In this document: positions 37,194-39,993 of the stretch, in pieces
Numbering within the stretch: position 1 is the first letter of the stretch
Layout: the number at the start of each line of letters is the position of its first letter
Assembly (NCBI GenBank): GCA_937874445.1
Contig: CALNAL010000143.1
Location: 1 to 39,993, forward strand
Reading direction: 5' to 3'
Length of the DNA stretch: 39,993 bases
From: an uncultured Acetobacteraceae bacterium
GTDB lineage: Bacteria > Pseudomonadota > Alphaproteobacteria > Acetobacterales > Acetobacteraceae
Notes under the pieces: generated by a model
Told to the model about the DNA's origin: nothing
The model's input: the letters and a program-made list of their open reading frames with translations, nothing else
Databases searched by the model: none
Made by a program: the position numbers and the translations under genes

Positions 37194-37943
37194 ATGAGTA
37201 CCCCAGAAACACCTGCCCCGATCGCCATGCCGCGCGTCCTGCTGATCGAGGACAACCAGGCGGTGGCCGAGACCATCCAGCGATTCCTGGAACGCTCGGG
37301 CATGCGCACCGCCTGGGCGCCCACCGGAACGCGGGGCATGGAACTCAAGCGCAGCTTTTTCCCCGATATCGTGCTGGTGGATCTCGAGCTGCCCGACACC
37401 AACGGAGTCTCGATCATCTCCTGGCTCGCCCGCGAGCAGGACTGCGGCATCATCGTGGTTTCCGGCCGCAGCGAGGAGACCGAGCGGGTGGTCGGGCTCG
37501 AACTCGGGGCCGACGACTACATCTCCAAACCCGTGCGGATGCGCGAGATGGTGGCCCGCATCCGCGCCGTCCATCGTCGCACGCGCAGCCGCGCCCAGGA
37601 CCCGGCACGCCCCTCGCACAACCAGCATCGCATCGGTCCCTACCGGGTCGATCTGCAACATCGCATCGTCTACGACGCCGACGACCAGCCGGTGCAGCTG
37701 ACCGGCGCGGAGTTCTCCGCCCTGCAATGCCTGCTGGAGCTGGGCGGCGAGCCGGTCTCGCGGGAACGCCTCTCGGAGGCGGCGCTGCGCCGCCCCTGGC
37801 GGCCCGAGGACCGCAGCATCGACCAGCTCATTTTCAGCCTGCGCCGCAAGCTCGGCGACGAGGACCGCTCCCGCCGGCTGATCCAGTCGATGCGCGGCGT
37901 CGGCTACGTGCTGGTCAGCGACGACGCTACCAGCGAGGCCTGA
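37194..37943 (+). CDS. OmpR/PhoB family DNA-binding response regulator (no adjacent kinase)
   Basis: VLLIED, phosphoacceptor in LVDLELP, GLELGADDYISKP, LTGAEF, RSID..I..LRRKL, I..MRGVGY. The start could be 37227. Confidence 0.92.
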   Translation: MSTPETPAPIAMPRVLLIEDNQAVAETIQRFLERSGMRTAWAPTGTRGMELKRSFFPDIVLVDLELPDTNGVSIISWLAREQDCGIIVVSGRSEETERVVGLELGADDYISKPVRMREMVARIRAVHRRTRSRAQDPARPSHNQHRIGPYRVDLQHRIVYDADDQPVQLTGAEFSALQCLLELGGEPVSRERLSEAALRRPWRPEDRSIDQLIFSLRRKLGDEDRSRRLIQSMRGVGYVLVSDDATSEA

Positions 37944-37951
37944 ACCAGAAC

Positions 37952-39316
37952 TCAGCCGGGGAGGGGCAGGGCCAGCAGCACCGCCTCGTCCGTGCCCGTG
38001 TTGACCAGCCGGGCCTCGGGGGCGGGGCGCACCGTCTCGCGGCGGAGGAGGGCATGGCGTGCGCCCTCCTGCTCCAGCGTCACCGTGCCGGCGAGCAGGG
38101 TCCACTGCGCCGCGGCGAGGGTTTCCTCCACGGTCAGGCCGGCGGCCGGCGCCAGGCGGGCCAGCCGCACCGAGTCCGCCCCCGGCAGAGTCTCCAGGCT
38201 GCCCCAGGCGGTGGCCGCGCGGCAGTGGCGCGTGCCCTCGGAGCGGCCCGCGGACTTCAGCCGGTCCACCACCTTTTTCACGTCCTGCGACGCCGCCCGC
38301 GACATGGCCAGAACCGCGTCGTCGGTCACCACCAGCACGAGGTCGCGCACGCCCACCACCGCGGCCAGGCGCCCCTCGCTGCGCACGTAGCAGTCGTGGG
38401 CGCCTTCGAGGATCACGTCGCCCGCAGCCACATTGCCTTCCGTGTCGGGCGTTCCCAGTTCCCACAGCGCGGCCCAGCTGCCCACGTCGGACCAGCCCAG
38501 GGCGGCCGGCACCACCGCCGCGTGGCGCGTGCGCTCGGCCACCGCGTAGTCGAGGCTGATCGAGGGCACCTTCGCGAACAGATCCGCGTCGAGGCGGACG
38601 AAATCGGCGTCCTCGGTGCGCGTCGCCACCACCGGGCGCAGCGCCGCCAGCACGTCGGGGGCGTGAGCGGCCATCTCGGCGAGCAGCGTGCGGGCGGTGA
38701 ACACGAACATCCCGGAGTTCCACAGGTGCCGCCCCCCGGCCACCATCTCGGCGGCGCGCGCGGCGTCGGGCTTCTCGACGAAACGGGCGAGGTCGAACAC
38801 GCCGGGCAGGCCGGGCAGGGCCGCGCCGCGCTCGATGTAGCCGTAGCCGGTCTCCGGCGCGGTGGGCTGCATGCCGAAGGTGACGATCCGCCCCGCCCTG
38901 GCCGCGGCCACGGCTTCGGCCAGGGCCTGGTGCAGCGCGGGAACATCGGCGATGGCGGCATCGGCGGCCATCATCCACAGCACCGCGTCGGGGTCCCGCT
39001 CGGCCACCAGCAGGGCGGCAACCCCGATCGCCGGCGCCGAGTTGCGCCCGACCGGCTCGAGCACGATGCGCACGCCCACGATGCCCTCGCGCCGCATCTC
39101 CTCGGCCACCAGGAAGCGATGGCGCGCGTTGCATACCACCATCGGCGCGGCGAAGCCGGGTCCGCGGGCGCGCGAGAGGGTTTCGGCGATCATCGAGCGG
39201 TCCGAGACCAGCGGCCAGAACTGCTTGGGGAAGCTCTCGCGCGAGACCGGCCACAGCCGGGTGCCCGAGCCTCCCGACAACAGGACCGGAACCACCGCAT
39301 TTCCCAAGGTGCCCAT
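37952..39316 (-). CDS. manC: Mannose-1-phosphate guanylyltransferase (ManC/AlgA-like) with degenerate C-terminal cupin
   Basis: LSGGSGTRLWPVSR..PKQF, LEPVGRNSAPA, PETGYGYI, FVEKPD, WNSGMF, SLDYAV.E, WSDVGSW. Confidence 0.9.
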   Translation of the reverse strand: MGTLGNAVVPVLLSGGSGTRLWPVSRESFPKQFWPLVSDRSMIAETLSRARGPGFAAPMVVCNARHRFLVAEEMRREGIVGVRIVLEPVGRNSAPAIGVAALLVAERDPDAVLWMMAADAAIADVPALHQALAEAVAAARAGRIVTFGMQPTAPETGYGYIERGAALPGLPGVFDLARFVEKPDAARAAEMVAGGRHLWNSGMFVFTARTLLAEMAAHAPDVLAALRPVVATRTEDADFVRLDADLFAKVPSISLDYAVAERTRHAAVVPAALGWSDVGSWAALWELGTPDTEGNVAAGDVILEGAHDCYVRSEGRLAAVVGVRDLVLVVTDDAVLAMSRAASQDVKKVVDRLKSAGRSEGTRHCRAATAWGSLETLPGADSVRLARLAPAAGLTVEETLAAAQWTLLAGTVTLEQEGARHALLRRETVRPAPEARLVNTGTDEAVLLALPLPG

Positions 39317-39499
39317 TGCGATCAGCCTCATCGTTTCCAATCTGGGGGCCGCTATTGGCAGCCCGGACCCGGCCTGTCCAGCATTCCCCCTGCAAGGCAG
39401 GGCAGGGCTGGGCCGGGACGGCCGGCAAGGGCTCTTGCGTCGGAGGGACGGTTATGGAACGCCAGGGCATCTGAAACCTGTTCCGGGGAGCCTTGTCCA

Positions 39500-39871
39500 A
39501 TGCCGCGATCGATCGCCCTGCTTGCCGCGCTCGCCCTGGGGCTGGCGGCCCTGCCGATGGCCGCCCGCGCCCTGCCGGATACCGGAACGCGTCTGGGCCT
39601 GGGCCTCACCCGGGCGGATTCCGCCGCCGCCAGCACGGCCGCGCGGGAACTCTATCAGCGCGACGATATCCCGGCCGGCGCGGCCGCCGCCTGGAACAAC
39701 CCGAAAAGCCGCAACCACGGCACCATCAAGGTGATGGAAGTGTTCACCCAGGCCGGGATGCCCTGCCGCAAGATGCAGTACGAGTTCTTCCTCTACCGGC
39801 GGGCGGGGGATCGCAGCTACGTCGAAACCCTCTGCCGCACGCCCGAGGGCGCGTGGAAGATCATGCCCTGA
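39500..39871 (+). CDS. Exported RT0821/Lpp0805 (17-kDa surface antigen) family protein
   Basis: Sec signal ending in ARA; W.NP.S..HG, CR...CR..EGAWK family pattern. Confidence 0.75.
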   Translation: MPRSIALLAALALGLAALPMAARALPDTGTRLGLGLTRADSAAASTAARELYQRDDIPAGAAAAWNNPKSRNHGTIKVMEVFTQAGMPCRKMQYEFFLYRRAGDRSYVETLCRTPEGAWKIMP

Positions 39872-39993
39872 ATCGAAGGCCCCCCCTCTCAAGCTGATCT
39901 TCCGCCGCGCCTGATCCCGATGAGCCTCCGGGGGGGCGGTGCGACGTGCCGGCGTGCCGCCGGCCGGGGCGCTGCCCCGTGCCCTGCCGGGCT

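Noticed and set aside
39930-39993. G/C-saturated low-complexity tail
   Set aside because: Likely a low-quality contig end, with no interpretable feature.

Overview
GC-rich alphaproteobacterial chromosomal segment. Gene order and content (ffh-rpsP-rimM-trmD-rplS-leuCDB; flgI divergent from fliX-dksA; one-cysteine DksA) suggest Rhodospirillales, probably Acetobacteraceae (inference). Left to right: partial Tat-exported S10 peptidase; a TetR-controlled catabolic cluster of about 10 kb that by eye is less GC-rich (CoA-transferase, Old Yellow Enzyme-type flavin oxidoreductase, beta-hydroxyacid dehydrogenase, crotonase, TIM-barrel isomerase, signal-less GH88 hydrolase, SDR, SHS-family MFS transporter); ffh with a structured leader and the ribosomal/leucine block; an AI-2E transporter; a degenerate ICL/PEP-mutase protein; a Lys-rich histone H1-like protein; an orphan OtnK-like kinase; a GT4 glycosyltransferase; flagellar genes with a sigma54 promoter; dksA; galM; glpD; a stand-alone Cys-type FdhF; nitroreductase and flavin reductase; comM; trmO; an orphan OmpR-type regulator; manC with a decayed isomerase domain; and a 17-kDa surface-antigen-family gene. 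The best candidates for an undescribed system are the CoA/GH88 catabolic operon, whose substrate I cannot assign, and three copies of a composite palindromic REPIN/MITE-like intergenic element showing compensatory base changes. I saw no tRNA, rRNA, CRISPR array or transposase. Both window ends and about 24540-24600 look like low-quality sequence. All family calls come from motif recognition, not database searches.
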